From: Phallusia mammillata
Taxonomy: Eukaryota
NCBI GenBank assembly: GCA_965637545.1
Contig: OZ281499.1
Location: 11,656,001 to 11,720,000, forward strand
DNA: 64,000 nt
Direction of reading: 5' to 3'
Part shown: positions 23,401-38,400 of the stretch, piece after piece
How positions within the stretch are numbered: the stretch's first letter is position 1
How the letters are laid out: every line of letters begins with the position of its first letter
Translations under genes and position numbers: made by a program
The notes under the pieces: generated by a model
Databases searched by the model: none
What the model saw: the letters and a program-made list of their open reading frames with translations, nothing else
Told to the model about the DNA's origin: nothing

Positions 23401-26400
23401 TTTCAATCGTTTTTTTTGTAAAAAAATGCATGTTTAAATGTTAAAAAAAACTCATTGGAATTATGTTTTACATTGGAATTTAAACGCAGTTTCTTAACAA
23501 TTATCAAATTCCTCTAATGGATTAGGATAAAGCGTTCCTAACGGAATGTTTTTCGATGCGTGCTTTTCGACACAAGCTTGTTACGCTTTTTTTCTTTTTA
23601 CCCACCTAGGGAGAATCGCTGATTGTTCCTGCTAACCAGTGCTGTCCGGTATGCAGCGTAGTTTCACGGCGACATTGTCAGCTCGACGGAGAAATAGTAG
23701 CGGTAAGTGAAGCCGCGTTTTTGTTGTTGATTGCTTTGTCAGTGGAGTGTGTTTAAACGCATACAAAGCGTCTGTATTTGATCGGCATCGTCGGGGGCAC
23801 TCGTAAACTTGCCCGTATCACATTCCTTTTGTGGCTTACAAAGAGACGGCAGTTACGCTGGCACTAACAAGAAAACGCTTTTGCAGCACGACACACGTTG
23901 GAAGTCTACTAACTGTACGCAGTGTGTTTGCGACGACAGCGACATCAGGTGTTCACCAGTGACCTGTGACCGACTGCAGTGCGGTTATGGCGAAGTCGAA
24001 AAAACTGTTTCTGGTCACTGTTGTCCAATTTGCGTTAGTTTAGCAGGTAAAAAAGGCATGTCCTTGTTAAAACCAGGCTTTTCTATAATTTAGATGCACA
24101 GTAAACAAGACATAAATGAATCTCACGTTTGTGTTGCTTTTATAATCTTGGTTTCTAAACAATGCTTATAGTAGTGTTTTAGCAGCATTCACGTTTTTAC
24201 CCAAACATGAAATTCCTGCTGTTAAGTGCTGAAATGGTTTTACTTTGTTTTGCAGCACCGTGTTCATTTCAAGGCCGTACTTATCGTGATGGCGAGATGT
24301 GGTCACCGTCAAAATGCGAGAAAGCCGTTTGCTCCAATGGTGAGATCCCATATAGATATGTCAAACACCCAATACTTTCTTATTTTAGCTTCAGGCGAGC
24401 TGAAAATTGCCGTTACGTCATCGGTGTTGTAATGTTTGAGTTCAATTCACCTTCAGACTTTTGTCTGGCCGCATTTTTCGACCTATTCAATACACGATGC
24501 GAGTAAATATTTGCTTTATCGACCCGATACACAATGCCTGGAGTTTCTGTGCTTGACTTGACGGGTAACGATATTTTTCCCGATACATTCCTTTCTGCGT
24601 GTGTCAAAGGGATGAAATCAGTGAATGGGATTGGGAGTATATTCGGCGCTTATGATGTCACAAGATAACATCTGAATTTTTTCATTCACAGGCGAAGTTT
24701 TACTCCACGTTGCTCGGTGTGACGACATTGTATGTGGTCCAGGTGAAAAGGCCGTCTTGCTGAGGGATGAATGTTGCCCCACCTGTATTGGGCGTTCCTG
24801 TGTACACCAGGTAATCTATTTTGTGTCTCACTTGTCAGGGACTTATTTGCAGATTTTAATAGACGCTCCTTTTTACACTCCCTGTCTCCCTAACTGAGAC
24901 TTTTATGTCAATGTAAATATAAGGATTCTGAACTTTTGTAAAAAAAAACGGAAGCCCTAGTTTTTATTTTCTCCAAAAGCAATTGTTAATGAAAAATGAT
25001 AAATTACTCTTGTTAAAAAAAGCTGGATCACGATAATGTTGCATTACAAAACCGTCATATGCTCATTGGTTGTTGCAAGTATGCAATCAAAACGTTTTGT
25101 GCATTATTTTTATAAATGTATTGTGTCAACCATACAGTCATACTTTTGCAAATCCAAGAAGGTAAGGCGAATTATAACCCGTGTAAGAATCTTTCTGTTG
25201 TCACCAGGGTCGTGAATATTCATCAGGCCAAACTTTTGATGTTGACGCTTGTGAAAAGTGTGTTTGTCAAAATGGTGAAGTTATTTGCAAGAGGCAGGAA
25301 TGTAACAGTGACGATATGGATGTGTCGTGTGTAGAAGCTCGGAAAGCTGGATCTTGCTGCCCTGAATGCTCTAATGTTCAAGGTAATCAACTGTTTTATT
25401 ACAACAACAAGCTACTGTGCAATATAACAAATTTCATGTAATTGCTTTCAGAATCTTAAAGCTTTAAATTTCATAAATATCCAATACACGTATTAAGTTT
25501 TCCAACAACAACATTTCACATATCACATTTATCCCAGGATCATGCGATTACAATGGAGTTACTTACTTTCCTGGAGAGCTTTGGAATATTTCCAAATGTC
25601 AAGTTGCTTTTTGTAGTCATGGAAACGTACGTTCCTCTCCGGTCCAGTGCACACCGATTCAGTGTAAATGGGTAAGTTCGTGGAATACGCCACTTTCAAA
25701 CCGTGTTATTTGTTCCACAAACTTTCGAATTTAGCTGTGCATGCGATTTTACTGAAGCTTTTTTGTTTTAAATTAACTTTTTACGCAGAATGAAAAACGC
25801 ATTCACACATCTTGCTGCCCGGAATGCTTACCAGTGACGTCAACATGTCGTCACAATGGATTTAGCTACCGTGATGGTGACGTATGGCAGGCAGGTGCAT
25901 GTGAGCAATGCAGTTGCGTCCATGGAATTGTCCAATGTTTTACCGTGCAATGTGCGGTTTGTCCAGCTGGAACCGTTCCCCAGCAAGTGCCAGGTATCAT
26001 ATAAGTGCTTTTTTCAAATCTGTCGTATCACGTGATGTGGTGACATATCTACTTATCGAGCTTTCGTTTGTCGCTCAACAGGTGAATGTTGCCCCGACTG
26101 TCAGCCTGTCACTTGTCACAGTGACTGTAAAACTTGTGACGCTCCCGGTTACGCTCATTGCACTTCATGTAAGCAAGGCCGCCTACTACAAGAAGGCAAA
26201 TGCGTGCGCAGATGTCTACCCGGATATTATCAGGACGGTGTGCGATGTTACGGTATGTTTTCCTCTTTCATTGTTCTTGTCTCAAACACTGGAGACTTTC
26301 TTTGCGAAATATTTTTTCACTAGATACGATATACTGTTTTGGAAAAACGCTGTCTATCTAAAAATTATAATTGCTTTTCGACTTGACTGCAGGCTACTGT

Positions 26401-29400
26401 TAGGCAAAACATTTTTCACTCCTGAACACTAGGGAGTTTAATGAACTATAAACAAGTGAGACTATCAGTTTTATTGTGTGTGGTATGAACCTAACCCACC
26501 ACACTAAAGATAGAAGTTGATCTTTTGTCATCGATATTCGTTCAGTTTTGTTAAACGGCCGATACTTTTCTGGCAACCTGTTATTTCTCACAGCGGCAAA
26601 TAATGGCCCCCAATTGGTGCCTAACACCATAATATTTCCCTCATATTGACCGATTGTCAGTTTTCTCTTCATTTACAGCATGCCACCCTTCGTGCGCCAC
26701 ATGTTCGTTGGGGAACTCCCCATCCACTTGTACGTCATGCCCGGCTGGGAGGTTTCTACAGGAGGGTCGATGCGTTCCTTCGTGTGACGTCGGTTACTAT
26801 TTAAACGATGCCGGTTGTTCGGGTAAGTGTGTGTGATATCTCATCCCAACCACTTGAAAAGAAAATTTTGGAGCTCAACTCCCAGGGGAAATTAACTCTA
26901 TGTCAATATTTAGATACATTGTCGCGTAGATATTTTGTCTCTTTTTAACGATTTTATTTACAAAACAGAGTGTTTGAACTAAACAGTATCAGACCCTTCA
27001 ACAGGGGGTATGACAGGGGTGGGCAACCTGCGGCCCGCGGGCCAAATGCGGCCCTTCATTAAAGGTTGTGCGGCCCGCAGAGACGCTTAGATTTCAAATG
27101 TAATGGCAAACGAGTCGAACTATTATATATTTTTAAGCAGATTAATGCGCCTGATGCTAGTTTTCTGCGACCTGGCAAAAAGTGGCTAGAATCAAATGCG
27201 AATTATACTTATATTTAAGCATATTTGGTAAGCAACGAAGTAGAATCACCTTGTGTTATACACAGGTGCGGCCCGCGATCTAATTTTGACAATTGTAATT
27301 GGTCCCACAGTAAAAAAAGGTTGCCCATCCCTGGGGTATGGTCATCCACGATCACTTATTGTGTGATTAAATAACTAAGAATGAAAAATGTTTTCCTAGT
27401 AACGAAATCAGTCCATGAATAACGTGGAATACATATATTATTTGGCACTTTTCGTTCCTTATTCAAATAGATTTCGTTACTAGAAAAATATTTTCCAATC
27501 TTCGTTATTTACAAAACGTATGTATGTGTATATATATAAGAGAAAGTGAAATGAAACACTGATCACTGGTGTTTTTTGCTTTGTGTTTTGTATCTCTTAA
27601 GAACATCGTCGTGTTGTAGCAAAATGGTTCATATAAATTACTTTTGAAGGACAATGTTATGATGCGTTTCAGCTTGTCGTAAAGGATGTTCAGTTTGCTC
27701 CAATTCGACCAGCTGTCAATCATGCAGTGACAAAACACGTCTACCACAAGGTGGCGCGTGTGTGACGACTTGCTCGGACGGTTTCTACTTCAACGATGGA
27801 AAATGCACAGGTTTTTATTATGGTTTATTTTTCAACTATACAACTATAAGAAAAAACATAAATTTGGTCTTCTCAGCATGTCATGACTCTTGTGCGACAT
27901 GTAGTGACGGGAATTCGTGTTTATCCTGTCCTGTCCGAAGTTTAATAGAAGGTGGATTGTGCGCGGAATCATGCTCGTCTAAGTTTTTCCAGCTCTCTAT
28001 TTCAAGATGTGCAGGTAATAAGTTGTTTTTCACCTGAAACATAAGACAGTAGTGGTAGTTGGTTCCTGCAAATTGCTGTTAGTTAGCCACTAGAAACTAG
28101 TTATTAAACTTACAAAAAAAATTGTTATAGCTTGTCATTCTTCATGTGGAACTTGTAGCGGTTCTTCCGTTTCGAACTGCGTGACTTGCAACCCAGGTGC
28201 TTATCTCCACAACGGTCGGTGCATCACGCACTGTCCAGCTGCACATTTTGCTCAACACGGAACCTGCAGACGTGAGAAACTATTAGTTGTAGAACTTTTT
28301 GAACCGCATTTAAAAAATGCCGAACCATTTCAGAACCATTTCTTTGGTTTTTAGCAATTTAGCAATTTATGTTTTTTGAGCCATTTAAAAACTTAAAAGC
28401 AACCGTAATTTAGATATTTTATGCGGTAGTTTTTTCCACGTCTGTACGAATTTGTTACGTTGTAGGTTGTTATTTTGTTACCTGGTAAACAGGATTCGTC
28501 ACTCCTTTCCGTCACAGAAAGATTGCAGTATGTGGCATAGAATGTCGTCATGTCTTAGCGGTACTTCATGTTGATTGCAGGTTGTCACGAATCTTGTCAG
28601 GCATGTACAGGTACAAGTGCTGATGACTGTACATTGTGTTCCACTCCGTCACACGTCATTCAAACTAGTGGTAACAACTTAAGCAAAGGAAGATGTACGG
28701 AAAGTTGTCGAAACTCGTTTTATCTGGACGGCATCATGTGCAAACGTAAGAAAAAAAGTTGAAATCAATTTTGTATTTTATGTCAATAGTTGTTACAAGT
28801 TTTTGAAACATAAAGATATAAAACGGTTTACTTATTGTCCAAAATTTTATGTGCAACTGCTATTTAACGCTGACTGTCGTAGATGAGGATCCTTAATCGT
28901 TTATTTAGTTAGTAATTTTTGCTGAACAATTTCGTAATGCACAACGTATTTATGTTTTTCAGCGTGCCATGAATCTTGTGGTAATTGCGTCGGACCGACC
29001 AACTGCTCTTCATGCAAATATCACACGGATGTCCTATTAGTGTCGTCACAATCGACTGGAGATTGCCTGCACAAGCACCAGTGTCGTGAAAGGCACATGT
29101 CAGTTGACAGTTCGTTGGGAATTTGCTTCAATGGAACCGCTGTTAGCCATTGTAACACCAACTCCCGGTTACTGAATGGCGGGAAATGTGTAACGGAATG
29201 TCCGTCAAATTCGTTTGCCCTGGTAAGTTGCCGAAGCGCTTCCGTCATTGTCGCACACCTTTTCCTAACCTTGTTGCTTTCATGGCGTAATCCTGTGTAC
29301 ACAATACCCCCTTTAAAATGTATTACATTGCGTGCCAAGGACAGGTGTGTGTTTTTCTTTTTTATGTAATAACAACCGACGAAACAAATTAAACTCTTAA

Positions 29401-32400
29401 GAGCGGCGCTGTTTCTCACCGCCAACAGGCCGATTGTCGCCGGTCAATTGCCTTTCACGTTCAATGCCATTCACCTGCCGATCGCCCGTAACAAGAGTCA
29501 TATATACTTTCAGCGCCTAGAAGTTGGCACGATATGTTTACCTTGCGGTGGAGATTGTAGTAGCTGTCAATCAAGCGACCAGTGTGAGACGTGCGTGAAA
29601 GACAAATTCCTTTCGCAAGTCGCCCACAAGTGTGTGAGCTCGTGTGAGGAAGGTTACTACGCTGCTGCAGACACTGGTACGTTATGACGTGGCGACGACT
29701 GACGAATCTTCAATACTTCAGTTAAAGGGGATTAGGGATGTATACTTGACTGTCTGATTTTCCAGACTGTTAGAAAGTTCATTTCCTCAACCTGTGTCTT
29801 TATCATCCAAGCAATGAATTTTAGGATTTTAAACAAAACGCTAAATTTTAATTGTTGATAAAATTTGTTTTCTCTAAACATGTTATCAGGCTTTGGGGTA
29901 AATTTAAATATTATTATCGTTAAAAATAGTAAAATGATTTTTTTTTGTTCTACGCAGGGACATGTGAGAGTTGCCCGTCGTCATGTGCCACATGCGTCAC
30001 CACTGCGTCATCGCCGCAACCAGTATGTACGTCATGTCGTGACGTCACTGCTGTGCTTCAACACGGACATTGTTCGACATCTTGCATACAACAATTCTAT
30101 CCGGACATTGAAAACGGTAAGAGTTGTGAGCCCATAGAAAAACATTTTGTGTTTTTTACTCTTGTTATGGAATTGTACAGGACACCATGGAACTGCCGTT
30201 TGCCGGGAATGTGACTGGAGTTGTGTGCGATGTTCAGGTCCTTCGTCACGTGACTGCTTGGAATGTATGCCCGACCACAAACTCGAGGAAGGCACCTGTG
30301 TTTCGACTTGCTCGCCAGGTGACAGTCAGTTCGTGGCAGCATGAGCCTTTTACACTGCGCCTAATTATATGTTGTGTTGCATATTGACAGTCCCTTGGCT
30401 AATGTACGATCTGATGCGTAATCCATCTACAGAGTTTAGATTTTTGTTACAAGACATTTTAAAAATCGACCTGCTGGAAACAATTTTTAAAGCTTAACAT
30501 GTTTTGAGCCACTTTAATTAACTGACTATACATTCAGGTTACTACAAATCTTCAAGCGACTGCCTGCCTTGCTCAGTTGCTCACTGCGCAACATGTACTG
30601 GAAGCAGACAATGCACTTCATGCGAATCGACATTTTATCTGCACGGTGAGCCCGAACCACTTTTTCACCTTACCTACGACGATTGACCTTTAATGATATT
30701 GTTTAGAAAACGCGTGTATGAAGTTTTGTCCTCGTGGTTATTTCGCTGATTCCAGCACTCATACTTGTGTGTCGTGTCCACCCCACTGCCTGTCATGTGG
30801 CGATGCGAATACTTGTAATCAGTGCAACCAACACAGGTTCCTTATGCCACCTGTTGACAGTGCTCAACAATCAGGTAAACTGAACTTTCACGACTGGCTA
30901 ATCGTTTTGCTAAACTTTACTCTAGTGCTTTTATTACAGCTCATTTTCAAGTTTTAGTCAAAAATCATAACTTTTTTATATTTGTTAGATGCTTGCATTT
31001 GGTATAGTACAGTATGTGCTCTAGTGTAATTGTCAATCATTTTGTACCGCACATTTTTCTCATCTCCCTTACAATATGATACACTTCGACTATCTGTTTT
31101 CGTACAGACTCATCACGACAGAGAACCAATCAGCATTCGACACCTTGCGTACGCCACTGTGGGATTGGTTACTATGGAAACAAAAAGACTAGAGTTTGCG
31201 AGGTACATTTTTAACTCTATTGAATACAAACTCGTTTTTTTTGTACCCCAAGCACTTACAGCTCAAAATTGTGTTTTTTTCCTCGAAGGTTAATCGACAA
31301 TCTCCTGATCTCACTGTTACTGGACGCTTATTGGTTGGTTTGGGGTCACGTGCACTGGTGGACTTATTGCGCGCGTCGGATCATGACACGCAGTCTAGTG
31401 ATATCAGTATTATACTTGAAATGGTTCCAGCCAACGGGTGGTTTGAGATGGACAATGTAAGTTCTGTTACCTTTGTTTCAATTCACTTTTTTTCTGCGTT
31501 TTTTTATCTTAAGTCTTATTCGTTAAACAGGGATCAATCAGAATTTAAATTTTGTACACGCAACAAACATTTTCTTGTGTCATTTGATTGTTTGTCATTA
31601 AAAAAAGGGGATGTGTCGCAAACACAGATAAAAACACTTCGCTAAAACCATCGATGACCTTTAGTTGACATTTAACAACTGATGTCCAAACAATACAAAC
31701 TGTTTGTTCTAGCATTTCGTGGTTTGTCCCTAAATAGCTGGGTAAATATAGATTATGTAATCTGTAATGGATCAATTGTCAAAATTATGGTATTGCCTAA
31801 CAACAAGATTATCCAATATTACTGTTGCAGAAAAATCACAAAAAATTCAACAATAGTTTCTTACTGTGTGTTTACATTTCAAATCATCTGATAGTTTTTG
31901 ACGTATTGTACAAACTTTAGGTTTTTTTGTTACATTTTCTCAGGGGTACACAGTAGCCTAAACGTCAGCCAACTGTTACGAATATTATTCAGCTCATTCT
32001 CACAGTTTTTTTTTCTACGGATGTTGTAACACGCCTATAGAAATTACAGTCAAGCCTCTTGGTATAATCCTATCTTGCTCATTGATGATCATTTCTATTT
32101 CATTTCTACTTGGACACAAACCATAACATTATTTATTAACAGTTGTCCCCCTAAAATTTTTGTTGTCAGATGAAAATTCCGGTCGGTGAGCGTTTGCCAT
32201 ACAAGAAAATTGCTGATGGTGGTTTATGGTTCATCCACGACTCGTCTCAACAGCGCCACGGTGTGGCCGTGTTTCGGTCTACTGACGGTCACCTGAGCTC
32301 GGAGCCAAAATCGCTTGACATTGCTGTGGTTTCAAAGTCACGGTCTGTGGTCGTTCGTAACGATCCGCTCTTTGTGAGGTAACATGACTTTTTAAGTGAC

Positions 32401-35400
32401 ACGTCATGCTTGACAGGTTATTGTGAGTTTTCCTACGATTTTTCAATCGAGTTATGTCTGTTTGATTTAGTGCTGGACAATCTGCGAAAATCAACCAGCT
32501 TGAAGTAAAAGATGAAGACAACGCATTTGACGTAACAATCACAGTGATCTACCCACCCAAGTATGGTGTTGTGGTAAAGCTGCCGAACTACGATGTGCCA
32601 ATTAAGTCCTTTAAGGTATCAAGTTTATTTTAGAGGCGGCAATTTTGTGGTTTTATCCCGCTAATCATGCAAACGTTTTTTTCGCACAACTTGTGTGGTT
32701 GAAACGTCAAATGTGATTTCGATTTTTCCAGATCAGCGACTTGCAGAAGGACCTGATATATTATGTGGCTCACAACAACATTACGTCACATGAAATCGTG
32801 TACGACAGCGCTACATTGCAGATAAGCGATAAGTATCACGTAATCAACACCATTCTTCACATCACCGTATTGCCCGAGGTAAGATTTGAATGGTTTTTGT
32901 GGCAAGTTTGCTGTAAAGCTTAAAACCGATTTACATCTGCACGTTACACAATAATCGAAGACACAATAAGCTCCTTGTTTACTTCGTAAATGTGTTTAAA
33001 TGTAGGCAGCACATAATGTGAGTTTTGGCTTTTGATTTATAACATCTAAAACTTTCGTCTTTATTAAAGTTGAAAGCAACATGTTTTTGCTTGTTGGTCA
33101 CTGTGACGATGATTTTAATATTATTTTACAGACCGACTTTCGACCTGTTCTGATCAACAACAAAATGACACGGGTTGTGAAAGGTCAATTGTCACGCATC
33201 ACTAACCACCAGTTACAGCTTATCAGCAGTAGCATAAAAGATAAATCGAACATTGTTTATGTGCTGAATCCAAGAAATGCAAGGAAAAGGTAAATTAGTT
33301 ACATTCCTACTTTCCTATTCTTAATTCCAAAACTGAGTCAAAACTGTACATTTGTAAATAGCGGTGAAATTGTGCTTATGGTCCCTGAACTTTCTGACGC
33401 ACCTCATCGTTACGGACTTGACATCGACGACTGGATGCAGACGTCACAGGGTTACTACAGGTCACAACCTGTGGTGCGTTTTACACAGAGTGACGTAGAT
33501 GATGGATCGGTGTGGTATAGATATGTTGGGGATGAGGAAGGGGATGATGATGAACAATATGCAGCACTGGAGTTTGAGGTTCGAATTACTGAAACTTTTT
33601 GTATTGGTGTATTTCTTGGTCTGCAAACTGGATGATTATTTCCGTGTTCTTTGTTAAGCGTTTAAAACACAGGTTGGTTAGGAGTTACGACATTTATGCT
33701 AGCCTTTAAGTATGTTTCGCGTAACAGTCACTAGTTGGTAACATACCCGATTTATTTTCTATTTTGTTCAGTTAAAACTCTTTTGTTAAATTGAAATTCT
33801 TTTTGTCGTTTTTCCACGCTTGGAACGCAAGGCAATTTTAACTGTAGCGATGTTTATTGCCCCAGAGAAGAAAATCTTGATTTGAACCTACTCAATGAAC
33901 GATGGCGTTAAAATAACTTGTCCTGTTCCTCCTCTGAAGTTTTGCGTTGTTTTTGTACAATTTTCATTACAACATTTGCGCTCGATATGTTTAAATTCTT
34001 ACCAAAAATGTCGGCCCACAGATCCTCTGGTCTATTAGGTCATTTTTAAAACACCCTTTGCATAAGTGCAAAATAATTTTCGTAGTATCTTTTTGCTGGT
34101 GTATTTTAAACTGGATTTTAATAGTACGTTTTGTTACAAATAGTTAACTTTTTTAGGTTTACGATGAAAGCAGTGATGTTGCTGAACCAATAGCCAGCGA
34201 TGCCCTCCAGATGGCGGTAGTGAGCGAGAACAACCATCCTCCACGACTTGCGCGAGGCGTGACATCACCTCCTCAAATAGCAGCGAATGAAGGGCGAATC
34301 ACAGTTATTCATAGCGGCTATTTGCATTATAAAGACGAAGACACCCCTGACAGAAATATCATCTACAATATAACCAGGTATGACTTAATCTGGTTCAGTT
34401 GGGCCGCATTGGCAATTCTGCTTTCCCGATGTCTAATAACCTAGAATAGAAAAAATAGTCAAAAGAATAAAATATTGCCTAAAAAATTCGTGCTTAACCG
34501 ATTACCACAATGAAATTGCGATGTCAAGTCATGACTGTAATATGGGACTTGTTGGAGTGAAAGTATGTTAATTATTCCGAATCCCGTATGAAAAAGCAAC
34601 AATTACCACAAGGTAAAGCATGTTTCGAACCTTACAGTTATTTTACGCTCTTTAGGTCACTTTCCTCCCTATATGGAAGCATAGAACACGCAGACAACCC
34701 GTACGTTCCCATCACTGTTTTCACACAAGCAGATGTTAATTCAAACAAAATCATGTACCGCCCTCCTATTGACGGAATTGGCAGTATCTCGTCCAATCAA
34801 AACGAAGAAGAAGAATACAGCGACAATATGTTTGAGTATGGCAAACACCAACCATTAACCGCTCTCAATAGGTACTAACACATTGGTGCATGTTAACCTT
34901 ACTCTCCATCATACTCTTCGATAATACTTTCACCTTAATGTCAGCTTTTTTAAATCTGCTGCCGCATAAGGGTTGTTTACCGACCGTATAGTTGTCGGAA
35001 ATTTCAGAACTTTTACGTCAAACCCAATCTCTACATATTAGTTTCGTACAATGAGGGTTTTTATTAGATCCACTGTCACAGAGTTTAACGTTCTAACAGT
35101 TTTTGTCTCGTTCTAACAAAGGTTTAGAAACCTTGAACAGCGACCAACCGTTTATGGTACTTTTTCAAACTTTTGGTCGTATAACTTTCCTTTTGGCCGT
35201 CAAACTTTTGGTTTACCGCGCATCAAGATCTGCAAAATAGCAATACGTAAAAAAGGAAGATCTGATGGACGCAGCATGTACATTAAAATAGGATAAGAGA
35301 CATGCAAAACGAAAGCCCACGTTATGCTGAATTTTGGAATTTATTGAACGCAACGTAATAAGCTAGGAATGAAATGCAGCAAAGTAAAGATATGTTTAGT

Positions 35401-38400
35401 ATGTAGTAAAACAGTCCCATACCATCCGGAATACCTCAAAAAGATTTCCGTGAATTTAAATCGTTAATGGATATTTAACTTTGAACGTCTCTGATCGAAG
35501 CCAATAACTGTCCTTTTTTTCTTTAATACTCTGTTACAAAAGGAATTGCTTCTGTTGCATGGATTGTTGGTGATTTAAGTAATAAGCATTTACCGAAAAA
35601 AAGTTCTGTATGTGTGTTTAACACATACAACATCACTTTAACACTCGCATGTAACTTTACCTATACAGCAGAAATATAACATGCAATTAGTAAATACAAC
35701 TGTACAGCAGGAAAGCAGTTGCTTGAAACTCCAATTCAAACATCATTTTGGAATATTGAAAATAATGCAAGTCTTCTTCACAGTGTCAGGAAACCTCGAC
35801 TTGACTTTGCATTTACTGTGTCCGATGGCAAACATACGTTACCTGCTGTGGATTTTACCATCAGGTTGACTTCAGGCACATCTGAAGGTCCAACCTTTGT
35901 CAACCAATATCCCAGTATACAAGTTACACTTGGAGGGTCTACCTCTATCGGTAAGAAGCTTTTTAACTTTTTAAACGTACACCACTTTCTTGAAAAGATT
36001 TTGCATTTTAGAATTTGTCTAAAAAGTTGTTTCATTTATTATTATTATTGTGTCGGAATTTATTATCTTGGCTTCACAAAGCTTTTTTTTGGATAAACAG
36101 CATTTAAAAAGCTGCCTCATACAAAATGCTTTCTAAATTATCATATAATCTGTCGTGCATGATTGTGTATGTCTAAATATATTAATTAGTAAGGACTTAT
36201 CAACAGGAATTGAGCAGCTAGCGGTCCGTGACCCGGATACACCGTCACGTGACCTTATTTTTACTCTCGTCAAATCTCCGCGTCACGGTACAGTGATTCG
36301 CAACAACGAGGGATCGAGAATGATACTTGAAGAGGGAGATGCCTTCACATATCACGAGGTAAACGAAACGCGAAATCCATTTCTGGAATTACACACACAT
36401 GTGCATTTGGCTTGCTTCATACTATTACCAATACGCAACCCTTTCATGTATTCCTTTTTTGCTGTGTGCACAAACAAATGTATAATTGTTTTGCCCCAAA
36501 TTTTAAAATCGTTGTTGTGTTTTACAAACTGGTAAAAAATCTCCTGTTGACAACTGGTAAAATCAATGCATTTTGTATGCTAGTGGCGTTTGTTTTTCGT
36601 TAAATGGTATTTTTTGTAGATCGAGCAAGACTCACTTCAATACATCCATGATGGAAGCGATTCGCCATCCACTGACCAATTGCAAGTTAGCGTAACTGAC
36701 GTCACACATACTCTCACAAAAGTCATTCAGGTGAGTGGAAAGATGAACTTGACGTTAACACATTGAACGATGGCTTGTCACTGCTGTTTACTCTGAAGGT
36801 CGAAGTAGTGGAAGGTGATAGCACTGGACCGTATCCCGACCCTTACTCGGAATTGTCGATTGCTCTTGCCGAAGCCAGTGACGTCACACTGTCACGTGAG
36901 AATTTGGCGTACTTGGATCAGAGCTCATCCGATGATCAGGTACCTTAAGAAGTGAACAAGAAGTTTTTCATAAAACGTTGTGTTTTTTAGTATCGTACTT
37001 TTTTCGAAGTTTTTCGAAACTGGCTTGTTCTAAATATATATCTGAAACGGTTTTACAGATTGTTTATCGTTTGGAGTCGGAGCCAGTAAACGGTTTGTTG
37101 GAAAACACTGAAACGGGTCCATTGGTTCCTGGATCTACATTCACACAAGAAGATGTCAATCATTCAAGAATAAGGTGATTTTAGCAAACATATTCCATCA
37201 AAAACGAGCCATTTTTTCTGACTAAAACTAAACCGACATGCCGCCAGAAAAAAATCTGTTCCGTTTTTGGTAGTAAAATTTTACTAAAGACAAGTTACAA
37301 AAAAAAGAATTTAGACAATTACAACACCTCCAACATGTATTTTATGTTATGAAAAGTAATTAACATTGTCAAGTTTGTAAAACAATCTGTTGTTTACAGG
37401 TTGAATCTGTTGAACAAAACTTACTCTAAAATATACCAAAAAAATTAAACCCGAGTCAATATCCTTCAAAAACCCATTGACATTGCTATAGTCGTTTGCG
37501 CACTAAGAATTTATTTTGTCATGCGATTTTGTGATTAAAATATGCAGATTAAAAAAATCTTGTTTACGACGACATTTCTCTAAAACTTCTGTTCCGTTTC
37601 TGGCAGATTTCGAAGCCGAGGTGACATCGGTTCACATTCAGTGACAGATGTTGTTTACTTCTCCGTGTCGGATTCATCAGCCAACCAACTTGCCGGTCAG
37701 ATCCTGAGCATTACAATCAATCCATCCACACACAAAACCCCATCTGTGTATGTCAATCACCAACTAGTTGTAAGTATCGAATACAGATGATGCCTTGTTT
37801 GTAAACGTTTACCAAGACATGTTAAGCTCGGCATTGTTATGAATGAAAAAAATCCTTTTTGCCTCATAATGACATACGGAATTTTGTGATTTGCATGCAA
37901 TGTAGTAATAATGAGAATTGTTTTATTAAAGGTTGATGACGGAGTTGAAGTAATGATCACCCCAAGGGAAATCCTCGCAACAGACGTGGATACTGACGCC
38001 GAGGATCTAATAATTAAAATAATACGCAAACCAAAGCTGGGCCACATCATTAATACTTTAACAGAAGGTAACAATTTACAACAAAAGCTTACATAATTTC
38101 TAATTACCTACCTTTGTATGCATAATGTTTTTGTTTTTTTCGTAAGTGTTGCTTCGTATTTTTATGAAATGTTTTTTAGCATTTTCCAAAGCATATGCTT
38201 TTAAACTTATTCTAACCATATGCTTTAAAACAAACGCAACAACAATGTTTTTCGTGCAGAGAGTATGAGGGTTGGCGAGGAAGAGGATATTTGGTTCAAT
38301 GTGCGAGACCTGCTTGATGGTGGAATTTACTATGTACCGAAACAAAACGAAATCTTACAAGAATCTCATGACTTTCTCACGTTTCGCGTCACTGATGGTT

